From Octopus sinensis (lineage: Eukaryota): DNA of 64,000 nt. A model generated the notes under the pieces. The model searched no databases and was not told the origin of the DNA. It saw only the letters and a program-made list of their open reading frames with translations. How positions within the stretch are numbered: position 1 is the first letter of the stretch; the number at the start of each line of letters is the position of its first letter. Shown here one piece after another: positions 35,701 to 50,169 of this stretch. The DNA lies in the NCBI RefSeq assembly GCF_006345805.1, contig NC_043019.1:13081360-13145359 (forward strand), given 5' to 3'. The position numbers were made by a program, and so were the translations under genes.

Positions 35701-37299
35701 AACTTATGTATGTATATATATGTAATATATATGTGCATATATATGTATGTTTGTATGTATCTATGTATGTATATGTCTCTGTGCATTTGTGTGTATATGT
35801 CCTGTACCTATATATGCATGTATATATAAATATATATGTAGGCATGTACATATATTGTGTATATATGCATATATATATATATATATCATGTATGTATGTA
35901 TGTGTATATAAACACACAAATATCTTTACGTACACACACATAAAATTTGAAAAAAAAAGTGTTTCATTGATTATCTCCCCTACGTCAGTTTTTACCGCAG
36001 ACTTGACAAAATCATTTAGAAAATATTTGTCATCACCGTGTAGTTTTAGTTAATATTGAAAAGAAAACCCCGTTGCTTTGTACATCAAGTATATTAATGT
36101 TCACTTTGTCACCCTCACTCCTACACTGGCATTTATATACATATCTATGCGTGCTTGTGTTTGTGAATGTATTCAAACCTGTGTACAGTGTGTTCGGGCT
36201 AAACTTGATGTTTTGTCTGTTTTTCAAGAACAACTTGATGGTTTGGTGAACAGTCAACGGCGTTGGAGAGCATAAAGACTGAAGCTGTAGCCTAGAAAAT
36301 GTCAACTGACATGGAGCACAGGAAGCCATTTGAATATTGGGATTTTTACCTTTTGACCGACAGATTTAAAAAATAATTTTTGGTAACTAAACACTTTCAA
36401 ACTTCGGGCTCTGATAGAATGTGTCATATTAAACATCTTTTATTCTTAGTATTTTTGAGAAAAAAACTTATATTTACGAAGTAATTTCCTGTTAAAGTAG
36501 TCGTATTTTGGCAATTTCAACCAATCAATGACGTGTATTCAGGTGAATAAAATTACTGCCGTTGTTTGTCAACAATAACTATCGGCGGTGTATTTTTCGT
36601 TTGTCACTGTTATTTATGACATCGTTCGTGCGTTTGTATTGGTTTTAGCTTTAAGGTTTTAGGGTTAGGGTTTTAGGATTAGGATGAAAGGCAAAGTCGA
36701 CATCGGCGGAATTTGAACTCAGAACGTAGCGGCAGCCGAAATACGGTTACGCATTTCGCCCGGCGTGCTAACATTTCTGCCAGCGTCAAATTTATCCCGA
36801 ACACCCTATCTACGAAAAGCTGCTTTCGGTTTCCGTCTACCAGATCCACTCACAAGGCTTTGATCGGCTCGAGAGGCTACGGCAGAAGGCACTTAACCAA
36901 GGATGTCACGCAGTAAGACTGAACCCGGGACCATATGGTTGTAAAGCAAACTTCTTACCACACAGCCACCTCTCCGCCTATGATAATGATGATGATGACA
37001 CTAAAGCGGCCCTTATAAGCTAAGTGTAGGCTAATCAATAAGTTTTGATTTAGACGTTACCCATGGCAACCAACCTTGATTAGATGACATATTAAAGTGA
37101 TCGCAACTCAATTATTTTAATCAATGCTCTCAGCTAAATTTAGCTGATCTCTCAATGAAATGGTCCACATTTAGCTGACCAATCAACAAACAGGTCTACA
37201 TTTAACTGACCAATCAGCGCCGGAGTTCTAGAGATCGGCGTATCTTCTCTTTTTTCATCTTTTTCTCAGAGGGAATATCATCGCCACGGTCGTCACCAT

Positions 37300-37359
37300 T
37301 ATCAACGCCGCCGCCGCTGCCGCCGCCGCCGCCGCTGCCGGCCGCCGCCGCCGCTGCCG

Positions 37360-37397
<38 letters not shown>

Positions 37398-37720
37398 TGG
37401 CCGCCGCCGCCGCGCCGCCGCCGCCGCCGCCGCCGCTGCCGCCGCTGCCGCCGCGCGCCGCTACCGCCGCCGCCGCCGCCGCCGCCGCCCGCCACCAGCA
37501 CCAGCAGCACCAGCATTACCACCACCACCACCATCGCCACCAACACCACCACCACCACCTCCACCATCACCATCACTGCTATCACTACCACCACCACCAC
37601 CATCACCATCACTGCTATCGCCACCGCCACCATCACCACCACCATCACCGCCGCCACCACCACCACCACTGCCACCACCACCACCACCACCACCGCCGCC
37701 GCCACCACCACCGCCACAGT
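37300..37720 (+). repeat. (CCG)n tract grading into (CCA)n
   Basis: About 190 bp of GCC/GCT triplets followed by about 220 bp of ACC/ATC triplets. Confidence 0.95.
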
Positions 37721-38856
37721 AATCATCATTAGCGCTGCCCGTCCGCCGCCGTTTCTATTGCTTCGTGTCTCTTTTACTCATTTGACTGCGGCCATGCTGG
37801 AGCACCACCTTTAGTCGAGCAACTCGACCCCAGGACTTATTCCTTGCAAGCCCAGTACTTATTCTACCGGTCTCTTAGCCGAACCGCTAAGTCACGGGGA
37901 CGTAAACACACCAGCATCGGTTGTCAAGCAATGCTAGGGGGACAAACACAGACACACAAACATACATGCACATACATATATATACATATATACGACGGGC
38001 TTCTTTCAGTTTCCGTCTACCAAACCACTCACAAGGCTTTGGTCGGCCCGAGGCTACAGTAGAAGACACTTGCCCAAGGTGCCACGCAGTGTGACTGAAC
38101 ACGGAACCATGTGGTTGGTAAGCAAGCTACTTACCTCACAGCCACTCCTGCGCTATCCAGAGTAGACTTGATCAAAATCGTTCCAACCATGATCACCCAA
38201 TCGAATATATTCCAGTACTACATTACCCAGAGCGTCGTTTGTTGTTATAATTGTTGTTGTGGTTGTTATTATTTAGCCCCAAGTATGACCTGATAGGGAA
38301 CATGCATAATCAAAGTTGTTTACACCAGGACCACAGGGGCGAACCCAAGCGGGGGAGGGGGTACTGAGGGGCGCGTGCCCTTCCCTTCAACAAAAGAAGT
38401 GCGCATTTCTAAATAATGTTATTACACACTTTTCTCCTGGAATTATATTCCCTTCAGATCTTGTGTCCTCCTTTCGAAAAATTCCTGGGACCGCGCCTGG
38501 ACCATCCTCTGTTTCTAAAGTTATCAAGGACAACACGATCTAATTCAGGGGTTCCCAACCGGGGCCCACGAGTAAAAAATTACAATTTGTGGGTCCATAT
38601 ATAAATTTTGTTTACTAGGGGAAGTGCTCTTTTACTCTTTTACTCTTTTACTTGTTTCAGTCATTTGACTGCGGCCATGCTGGAGCACCGTCTTTAATCG
38701 AGCAACTCGACCCCGGGACTTATTCTTTTGTAAGCCCCAGTACTTATTCTATCGGTCTCTTTTGCCGAACCGCTAAGTAACGGGGACATAAACACACCAG
38801 TATCGGTTGTCAAGCAACGCTAGGGGGACAAACACACTCACACAAACACAAACACA

Positions 38857-38904
<48 letters not shown>

Positions 38905-39714
38905 TATATATATATATATATATATTATATACATATACATATATACTACGGGCTTCTTCAGTTTCCTTCTACCCAAATCACTCACAAGGCTTTGGTCGGC
39001 CCGGGGCTATAGCAGAAGGACACTGCCCAGGTGCCACGCAGTGGGACTGAACCTGGAACCATGTGGTTGTAAGCAAGCTACTTACCACACAGCCACTCCT
39101 ACGCCTGTGCGTATATTTTATTGAAATTTTCAAGACTTGTATTTGGAATTTATGTTATGAATATAACGAAATTGTTTTATTGTTAGTTTTTACTAACCTA
39201 CAAACAAATATATTATTTCAAAAATTTACACGTGCATATATGGGGTCCACAGATGATAAGATAGCTCTCAGGGGGTCCACAAGCAAAATAAGTTTGGGAA
39301 CCCCTTATCTAAATTGTCTTTTTCTTTTCTTCAATGTATCCGAGTATGACTTAGTGGAGAGCATACGGCCTAGTGGTTAGGGTGTTGGAATTCAGATGGT
39401 TAGGTCTGAGTTCAAATTACTGACCGGATGGTGCATTTTGTCTTTGAGCTGGGCAATTCATTTCACCTTGCTGAAGACCGCTCATCAAAAAATGAGAACC
39501 TTCGACAGCTGGAATTTCATCCAGTGCCATCATTGAGGCATGGTGGGCACATGGGCAGTTGCCTAGGGACCCAATTCGGATCTATGTATGTCGTGGCTTG
39601 CTATTGATAAATAAATATTATAGGGCCCAGTGCATTGAATTTTGTGATTTTGGGACGTAAACACTCCGCCACCGGTTGTCAAGCGGTGGTGAGGAACAAA
39701 GACACAGACACACA

Positions 39715-40890
<1,176 letters not shown>

Positions 40891-41224
40891 AGGGAGCGAT
40901 GGGTAAATTTCCGCCATTTTATATTTTTAATTTCGCATATTCACATTATGTTTGACTTTGTCAACTACACAGTATAGTAGGGTCAGTTGGGCACCGTCTG
41001 TGAGAAAAACAGCACCATGATACAATTAACTTCTTTTGTGTTTGTTCATCTTCTTTTAGATTTACTATATATATATATGTATTTCGTCTGCCGTTACGTT
41101 CTGGGTTCAAATTCCGCCAAGGTCGACTTTGCCTTTCATCCTTTCGGGGTCGATAAATTAAGTACCAGTTACGCACTGGGGTCGATGTAATCGACTTAAT
41201 CCGTTTGTCTGTCCTTTATAGTCA

Positions 41225-41525
41225 TACAGGGTGTTGTGGTGAATATATTGTCTAAATTACGTAAAAATGAAAATAACCCCCGACATCTCATTTTAACAGA
41301 TATATTTACCAAAATTACATGAAAATATCTTGAAATGCTAAACAGTAAACTTATTCAATAAAATCGCCATTCGTCTCAATCATAGCCTCCAGACGACTTC
41401 GCAATCTCCTGCAACTCATCTGGACGGTCTACTTCTTTAAGTTGGTGAATGCTGCCATAATTCTTGTCTTCGGTTCATCTTTGGTGTTACAAGGAGTTTT
41501 GTTGGTCTCTCACTCAACTGCGCCT
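41225..41525 (-). mobile_element. Tc1/mariner 3' end: transposase C-terminus plus TIR
   Basis: Reads GAVE*ETNKTPCNTKDEPKTRIMAAFTNLKK*TV..CRRLRSRLEAMIETNGDFIE*. The terminus TA|CAGGGTG is at 41225-41233. Confidence 0.65.
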
Positions 41526-41612
41526 CACGTGAGTTAATTGCGTACCACGTGAGTTAATTTACGTGATACATGTAAAGTATTAGCAGACATTAAAGGAAGG
41601 AAAGAAAGATGG

Positions 41613-41645
41613 TTTAACGTTTCGAGCAACGCTCTTCTTCAGAAA
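41613..41645 (-). ncRNA. Minimal type I hammerhead motif
   Basis: TTT CTGAAGA A GAGC gtt GCTC GAA ACGT T AAA. The core is intact, stem III is a palindromic ACGT, and stem I is only 3 bp. A degenerate relative is at 52708-52673. Confidence 0.55.
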
Positions 41646-42548
41646 GAACGGAAGACGGAGGAAGAAAATCGCCAACGGTCCACATGTGGTTACATTTTGA
41701 AATGACCGGAAGAGAATGGGTGAAGAAAAAGTTATTTCTAAGACAGGAGAGTGCATGTTTGTCACATATTTCAATTGCTAAAAGGCAAATACACTGCGGA
41801 GAAAAATTCTCTCTTATGGTAAAAAGGTGTGAAAACACCCAGTTCGTTCAGTGTCGCCATCTATTAGGAATCCCAGACATTGATGTTTCGAGTGTTTTTG
41901 ACTCTTGTCAATGAGATGTACCTAAGAGAGGCAACTCTGAACGAACTTAATAAAGCTGTAGCTTTATATATAATTCAATCAACATAATAGAAAAGCGAAG
42001 AAACGGATAAAGAAATTAAGACATTAAAAAGCACACTAGGCCATTCAGATGCTCATATACCATGGTTTCGGGTTCTGGCCCGATGGGCCTCAACTTTCTT
42101 CAGTGTGAGTTACTGGGGCAAAAATGCTACTAAGCTACTAAGAATGCGTGTGGCAACTTGAATATCCACCCACCACATGCGATAGACTGGCGGTTGCACG
42201 GACGCGAAAGCTACGTTGCTATCCTCATTCTGTAAACGGTGGCTTTTAACGGGTGGAGAGCTGAACCATCCTGGGGTACAGAGGATTCGTAATCTAGATT
42301 AGGGTCTGAATGTTTACCACGCCATAGTGGGTTACACCATGGTTCCTCTGCTTTGTGGAAGAAGTAGGAAGAAAGAGCGAGAGAAAGTTGTGGGGAAAGA
42401 GTACAACGGGGTTCACCACCCCACCCGCCGGAGCCTCGTAGAGCTTAGATGTTTTTGCTCAATAAACACTCACAATGCCCGGTCTGGGAATCGTTCTTGC
42501 GAGTGCAAATCCGCTGCCCTAACCACTGGGCCATTGCGCCTCCACTGT

Positions 42549-43772
42549 TGCTGCTGCTGTCGGTGCTGCTGTAATTGGTGTTGTTGCTACTGTTGCTGTT
42601 GTCTTCGCTTCTTCAGTGGTCACCTGTCTCTGCTGGTATTCTTGCAGTTGTTGTTGTGTTGGAAGTGTCTGCGGCAGTGTAGTTTTCTCTTTTGCTTGCC
42701 CAGGGCAGAGAGCCTTCAAGTGGTTTGTTTGGCCATAAATGTGGCATCTCGGCTTTCTACTCTCTACTGCTACCAACAGTTTTGTACCTCCAGGGAGCTC
42801 AATGAGACCTGGAATCTTTGGTGCAATTGCGAAATTTGCATTCAACAAGAGTTCCATGCCTGTGCTGTACCAATTTTCTTTATTGTATCTGTGTATTTCT
42901 AGAATTTTAATTCTCTCCTCTTTGCCGTACAACACGGCCGCTGCCAACAAGGTGTCCACTCCTGATGGCACATCCTCTACCTTGATTTTAACGACCCTCC
43001 GACCGAGATATGTGAGAATCATATGCAATTCTTCAGTCTTAAGAGTTGTCGTGGCATTTTCTTTGGCCAGTTGTTCGCTTGAGAACCTCACCTCTACTGT
43101 GCCAAAGCTGTTACCATATGTGACATAACATTTTTTGTTCCATGCAGGTCTCAGGAATTTTTTGACTTGCGCCTGCGTAGATCTTTCTATTTTTCGTGTC
43201 TTCAATGATATACATCTCTTTTACTCTTTTACTTGTTTCAGTCATTTGACTGTGGTCATGCTGGAGCACCGCCTTTAGTCGAGCAAATCGGACCCAGGAC
43301 TTATTCTTTGTAAGCCTAGTACATATTCTATCGGTCTCTTTTGCCGAACCGCTAAGTTACGCGGACGTAAACACACCAGCATCGGTTGTCAAGCGATGTT
43401 GGAGGGACAAACACAGACACACACACACACACACACACACAACAAACACACACACATATATATATACATATATACGACGGGTTTCTTTCAGTTTCCGTCT
43501 ACCAAATCCACTTATAAGGCTTTGGTCGGCCCGAGGCTATAGTAGAAGACACTTGCCCAAGGTGCCACGCAGTGGAACGGAACCCGGAACCATGTGGTTG
43601 GTAAGCAAGCTACTTACCACACAGCCACTTCTACGCTCTGTATGTTATTGTTTTGCGTTTTATTTCTCCCTGCACCTCTTCTGGTGCGTTCAGGTGGACT
43701 GTTCTGCCAGTTCTAGTTAGATGTCAGTTTGGCTCTAGCCAACTCCACTTTTGACAATTCCACCTCCTCCAT
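42549..43772 (-). mobile_element. Non-LTR retrotransposon ORF1 (gag-like, degenerate CCHC knuckle) split by a SINE A insertion
   Basis: ORF 43205-42519 contains RKPRCHIYGQTNHLKALC (CX2CX4HX4C with the second C replaced by Y). Removing SINE 43218-43636 restores the frame ...NNNIQ|RCISLKTRK back to ATG 43772, with one internal TAG. Confidence 0.65.
43218..43636 (-). mobile_element. SINE family A inserted into ORF1
   Basis: Full-length copy with an AGAG junction at both ends. Confidence 0.88.
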
Positions 43773-44769
43773 TTTCCGACACACCGTTGTGCGAACCCAC
43801 AATGTGTTTGATTAGAAAAATCAACTGTTATCTGTGTTTTGCTAATTTTTTCTTTGTTTGACATGGTGGTGGTGGTGAAATCTGCAGGTGTTTAGCGTAA
43901 AAGAATATTTTTTTCTTTCTCTTCACCTTCCCGCTTATAGTTGTTGTTACTCTGGTTGGTCCACGTGATGGCGGAGGTGGTAACAGTGTTAGTGTTCTTC
44001 TCCACTCTCTACTTTATGCCTTCGTCAGTATTGATGATGGTGATGATGCTGTTGTTGCTACTGCTCTTCCTCTCCCTCTCAACCATATTAGGTGGCGGAG
44101 GGAACGAAATTTCACAGAGGTTGTTACAAGGAACGTCCACGCGCTCGATTTGAGAAGCCATGTTGCAATTTTTTTTCTTTTTGCAAAATATGGAATTCTG
44201 ATTTGCTAAAAGTCAAAATTCGCCCTTTAAGGGCGAATTTTTGCCACCCCCGTTGGTCTTGCTTGTGGCAAGCCTGGTTATCAAAATTACAGTTCAAAAA
44301 CAAAACAGCAAACCAACAAATATGAAGAAAAATTAACAGACCTCCGAACACGTGGCCGACAGCTCCAGACACAAATAATAATGATAATAATAATTTCTAC
44401 TACAGACACAAACTCTGAAATTTGTGGGGATGGAACTAGTCGATTACATAAACCCCACTATTTCACTGGTACTTAATTTATCGACCCCTAAAGGATGAAA
44501 GACAAGACAGAAGTCAGTGGAATTTAATAATAATAATAATGGCTGCAAATTTTAATACGAGGTCAGTGATTTTGACGGGAAGGACAAGTGAAATACATTG
44601 ACCCTCAACCCCAGGACTTGATTTTACTGATCCCAAAAGGATGAAAGGCAAAGCTAACGTCAGTGGAATTTGAACTCGGAACGGAAGGAGCAATATAGAT
44701 GACTCATCAAATCTATTAGCTGGAAGCACAGAACCTCTTCACTGATGAAGGTAAATATACAGTTTTGGT

Positions 44770-45140
44770 TAGGATAATAATAATAATAATAATAATTGTG
44801 TACAGTGCTCAGGTGCACTACAACTCATCTAAAGTGTATGTATAATCAGGTGTAGTTTCGGCGGATTTCGGAAAGCATGAAGGCCTTAAAGGATGCAGTG
44901 TCATGGCAGTCAACAACTGACGCAGGCAGTTTGTTCCATGCTTCAGCAACTCTGAGCGTGAAAAAATGTTTCCGAAAGTCATGGGAGCTGTGTTGTTTTC
45001 TGACTTTGTAGGCATGTCCACGTGTGTTAGACACATGGAGATCAAAAAGGTGTTCAGTGTTGTTATTGGTGAGGTGGTTGACAACTTTGTGGGTGTTTAC
45101 CAAGTCCGTCGCCAGACGCCGGAGCTGTACTACTCAACAA
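44770..45140 (-). mobile_element. CR1-type LINE 3' end
   Basis: Reads ELRRLATDLVNTHKVV..NTRGHAYKV..FFTLRVAEAWNKLP..FKAFML*, followed by an (ATT)n tail. Confidence 0.8.
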
Positions 45141-46189
45141 CAGAAAAGTATAACTGCTCAAGGTTTCTTGTTGAGGGTGCTTTTCTGCTGCCTGGTAGAG
45201 ACACACATGCATGCAGGCAAAGAGAGAGAGAGAGGGGGGGGATAACAATAATAATAATGATGATAATAATAATAATATAACACGAAGATGGAAGATATCG
45301 GACTTCAATCATTGATCACATTTGTTTCTGCACGGCAAACCGGTTTTAAGAAGATTATCTACATACCTATCTATCTATCTATCTGTCTGTCTGTCTATCT
45401 GCCTGCCTGTCTGTCTGTCTCTCTCTCTGCCTCTCTCTCACTCATTGTGGGTCTGTAAACCCGCATAACGTCTGAAGTTCACAACTGATTTTCTTCAAAC
45501 TTGGAACATGCATTACTTATGTTCCAGAGATGGTTTTAGACTCTTTAAACTGTTCACATAATGAACAATGGGGCTTCTGGGACCAGGTCTGTCATTTTAA
45601 TGAATTCTGTTTACCTTTTCGTGATGATATCTGAAAAAAAAACCCAGTAATTTTAGCAAAACATATTAAGCAACATTAATACTAAATCAAAACACATAAA
45701 AATAAACAAGCTTTTGGCGGTTTTATAGACATTTCAAAATTATGATGCTAGGTGTTTCCATTATTTTGTTCAACACTGAATATATAAATATATATTGTGT
45801 GTGGAGGCACAATGGCCCAATGGTGAGGGCAACGGACTCGCAGTTTCGATTCGCAGACCGGGCATTGTGAGTGTTTATTGAGCGAAAACATCTGTCAGGG
45901 GTTGTGGTGATCCCTGCTGTACTCCTTCACAACAACTTTCTCTCACTCTTTCTTCCTGTTTCTGTTGGCCCCGTATTTCAAAGGGCCAGCCTTGTCACAC
46001 TCTGTGTCATGCTGAATCTCCCTAAGAATTACATTAAGAGTACACCTATCTGTGGAGTACTCAGCCACTTGCACGTTAATTTCACGAGCAGGCTGTTCCG
46101 TCGATCGGATCAACTGGAACCCTCGTCGTCGCAACTTCTTTTTACAGAAAAGTCATCACCACCCTTTCGAAAAATATTACTTCGCCTAA

Positions 46190-46900
46190 AAATAAAAGTC
46201 GGGCTCGGTGTTAATGGTGCATCAAAGAGAATGGCTATAAGTTCTATCACTGAAACTAAAGAGAAAGCCGCCAGGTGGCTAGTGGCTTTTGAGAAAGAGG
46301 GCAGTACAGTGGTTTGGGATCTTTTCGGTTTGAACGGCAGTTTTTAAAATAATTTCCACGTGCTCCAGCATGGCCGCAGTCAAATGACTGAAACAAGTAA
46401 AAGAGAGTAAACTAAACACTTTTAAACTTCGTAAACTGGTTGAATGTGTTTATAAAACATCTTTTTCTCTTGGCTTTATTGAGAAAATTCTATAGTTTGT
46501 AAGATATTTGCTTTTTTTTCTTCAATTTCTGCAATTTCAACCAATCAATGACGTCTATTGAGGTAAAAAAAAAAGAGAACATTCTGTGCCGTATGAATAT
46601 ATCCCTCGTTTAAGAAACAGATTGGGTTTATTTACATTTGTGAAGAAAAAAAGATACCCAACCCCCACCCCTAACCCTAAAACAGATTGAAATGCAATAG
46701 ATCGATACTAGGGTCATAATTATGGGTGACAATTTCATATGACACCGCTAGATAAAAACTGCCGTTCAAACAGAAAAGATCCTTGGTTTGCTGCTATTGG
46801 GATTGTAGCCGGGACTTCGTCAAGTGGGTGAGGGAGTCTGGTGTTGAGAGACTCGAAAACCTCTGAGGCCCCAGAAACATAGGTTGACGCTACGTCTCAG
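46190..46900 (+). mobile_element. Possible RLE-type (HERO/NeSL-like) LINE 3' end interrupted by a MITE
   Basis: LGVNGASKRMAISSITETKEKAARWL(W)..R...W resembles, from memory, the extreme C-terminus of HERO-like ORFs. The sequence resumes after the MITE at 46784. Confidence 0.4.
46317..46783. mobile_element. MITE with 29-bp TIRs
   Basis: GGATCTTTTCGGTTTGAACGGCAGTTTTT ... AAAAACTGCCGTTCAAACAGAAAAGATCC, flanked by TGGTTTG at 46310-46316 and 46784-46790. Contains a SINE A tail fragment (~46358-46410). A related interior occurs at 36330-36680. Confidence 0.75.
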
Positions 46901-48029
46901 AGCATCCGCAAAATGATTTATCTTGTAACAGAAATACGTATTTCATGATGCAATTTCTTTACAAGAGTTATTTCCCTTCACTTAATTATTTCCCTTACAA
47001 TTCAAGAATTATCTTCCCTACAACATTTTGGAATTCACTGTGAACAGAGGTCGGCGTAGACGTCGTTGTTCTTGTTTTGGTCACCGCCCTCTTCTCCATT
47101 CAGGCCATGACTTAATAAGTCATAATTATGATTTTAATAGTTCCACTCTTGACCATTCCTTCTGTTGGTCATTATTAATGTATCTAGGATTATATTATTC
47201 CACGTGGCCTTTTTTTGTTGTTGTTGCTATTGTCGTTATTATTTAACCCCGTGTAAAGCGGCGGCGAGCTGGCAGAATCGTTAGCACGCCAGATGAAATG
47301 CGTAACCGTATTTCGTCTGCCGCTACGTTCTGAGTTCAAATTCTGCTGAGGTCGACTTTGCCTTTCATCCTTTCGGGGTCGATAAATTAAGTACCAGTTG
47401 CATACTGGATTCGATGTAATCGACTTACTCCTTCCCCGCTCAAAATTTCAGTCCTTGTGCCTATAGTAGAAAGGGTTATTTAACTCCCGTGTAAATGATG
47501 GCTGAAGCGACTTTTAACTTTTTTTTCTATGTTAGGGTAAGATTTTAAGGAGAGGATTTTAAGGTCAGAAGACTATGTAGAGCTCATATTTTTCAGTGTG
47601 GATAGGAAAAACAAAATAAAAATGTTTCACTTACTACTTGATGGGGCAAAAAATAAAACAAAACACGATGACTAAATCTTCAACACAAATGTCCCAGAGA
47701 GCCTCTGGGACATTTGAGGAAATCATTTTCCTGTGTATCTGTGGTCTTTATGGCTGCTGTACATCTTCCATATACAAACACTACTTGTTGTGGAGGCACA
47801 TGGCTTAGTGGTTAGAGCAGCGGACTTGCGGTCGAGGGATCAGGGGTTTGAATCTCAGACCGGGTGATGTGTATGTTTTTTGCCACAACTTTCTCTCGCT
47901 CTTTCCTCCTATATCTTGCAGCTCAACTGCGATGGACCGGCGTCCTTTCCAGGTGGGGAAACTATATGCCACAGAAACCAGGAAACCGGCCCTTATGAGC
48001 CAGGTATGGCTTGAGAAGGAACAAACACT

Positions 48030-48670
48030 ACTTGTTAAACTTCCTATTATTCTACTGCATCGCTTGTGTGTCCATAGCTTTCTCTGGGTACACTGAATAG
48101 AATTTCTGCCTACACCCTTCCTACATATCAATCAGAGCTATTTACTAGAAGGGTGATGGGTTCTGTTCAACTTCTTACTTACTGGGATCTTGGTCTTTAC
48201 TAAGTTAACTTTAAGACCATTTCCTTCCAGGTTCTGGTCCTGGAATTTCTTTTCTAATTCTGTTACAGATTCTGCTATGAGGCCACATCATCAGCATATT
48301 GTAGTTCCCAAGGGCTTCCAGTCTTAAATTCCTCTGTTATGGTCTGGAGGAGGATGATAAATAGAAGAGGGCTGAGGACCATGCTTTGGTGAACACCTAC
48401 CTGTACTCTAAATTCACTAAATACATCACTGTACCCATGGCTAACTCTTACCTTATAAACAGTACCCCCTTACTGCTTTCACAAACCATTCGTCTACCTC
48501 TAGCTTCCTCAGAGCCCACCATATCACTGAGTGAGGTGCATTGCCAAAGGCTTTCTCTAGATCAACAAATGCCAAGTACAATGGTTCGTTCTTTGCTAAA
48601 TACTTCTCTTGAAGTTGCCAGACTATGAAAATAGCGTCAGTGGTGCTTCTCTCTGGAACAAAGTCACGTT
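48030..48670 (-). mobile_element. RTE-clade LINE reverse-transcriptase remnant
   Basis: Reads FVPERSTTDAIFIVWQLQEKYLAKNEPLYLAFVDLEKAF...VGVHQ..LSPLLFII..PWELQYADD...CRKGVGRNSIQC. Disrupted. Confidence 0.8.
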
Positions 48671-48719
48671 ATTTCATTTAGTCTAATTTTATTCCTCATT
48701 CATACAAAGAATTCTAGAA

Positions 48720-49890
48720 GTTTCTTATTTCTTTATTGCCTACAAGGGGCTAAATACAGAGAGGACAAACAAGGACAGACAAAGGGATTACATCGACCCC
48801 AGTGCGTAACTGGTACTTTATTTATCGACTCCGAAAGGATGAAAGGCAAAGTCGACCTTGGCAGAATTAGAACTCAGACATAGTGGCAGACAAAATACCT
48901 ATTTCTTTACTATCCACAAGGGGCTAAACACAGAGAGGACAAACAAGGACAGACAAAGGGATTACATCGACCCCAGTGCGTAACTGGTACTTTATTTATC
49001 GACTCCGAAAGGATGAAAGGCAAAGTCGACCTCGGCAGAATTAGAACTCAGGCATAGTGGCAGACAAAATACCTATTTCTTTACTATCCACAAGGGGCTA
49101 AATACGAGAGGACAAACAAGGACAGACAAAGGGATTACATCGACCCCAGTGCGTAACTGGTACTTTATTTATCGACTCCGAAAGGATGAAAGGCAAAGTC
49201 GACCTCGGCAGAATTAGAACTCAGGCATAGTGGCAGACAAAATACCTATTTCTTTACTATCCACAAGGGGCTAAATACAGAGAGGACAAACAAGGACAGA
49301 CAAAGGGATTACATCGACCCCAGTGCGTAACTGGTACTTTATTTATCGACTCCGAAAGGATGAAAGGCAAAGTCGACCTCGGCAGAATTAGAACTCAGGC
49401 ATAGTGGCAGACAAAATACCTATTTCTTTACTATCCACAAGGGGCTAAATACAGAGAGGACAAACAAGGACAGACAAAGGGATTACATCGACCCCAGTGC
49501 GTAACTGGTACTTAATTTTATCGACTCCGAAAGGATGAAAGGCAAAGTCGACCTCGGCAGAATTAGAACTCAGACATAGTGGCAGACAAAATACCTATTA
49601 TCCACAAGGGGCTAAATACAGAGAGGACAAACAAGGACAGACAAAGGGATTACATCGACCCCAGTGCGTAACTGGTACTTTATTTATCGACTCCGAAAGG
49701 ATGAAAGGCAAAGTCGACCTCGGCAGAATTAGAACTCAGACATAGTGGCAGACAAAATACCTATTTCTTTACTATCCACAAGGGGCTAAACACAGAGAGG
49801 ACAAACAAGGACAGACAAACAGATTAAGTTGATTACATCGACCCCAGTGTGTAAATGGTACTTATTTAATCGGCCCCAAAAGGATGAAAG
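48720..49890 (-). repeat. Tandem array of seven ~174-bp SINE-C segments
   Basis: The CAAGGGG anchor falls at 48743, 48917, 49091, 49264, 49438, 49604 and 49779. Confidence 0.92.
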
Positions 49891-50169
49891 GCATGCTAAC
49901 CTTTCTAGAAGTTTCTACCAGTTTGGAACCAATCGCATCTTCTGATTTCCCACATTTGAATATATGTTAGTGCTGTTTTTTATCCTTGGGTCAAATCTTG
50001 ATTGAGAGTAAACTATGAGCAAGAATATTCCAACTGTGACCATCCAACCTTTTTCAGTTGTCTAAGATAATATTCTTCAATGAGACATGTCTCGTTTAAA
50101 ACGGTGAGAGCAGGGGTTTGATCTGAGGGGAAAATTAGCTGCTATTTTTCTGCAGATTGAACAACTACA

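Noticed and set aside
37214-37729. Poly-Val/Arg/Gly ORF
   Set aside because: Translation of the CCG/CCA repeats.
48720-49890. CRISPR-like array
   Set aside because: Eukaryotic context, no unique spacers, and the units are SINE segments.
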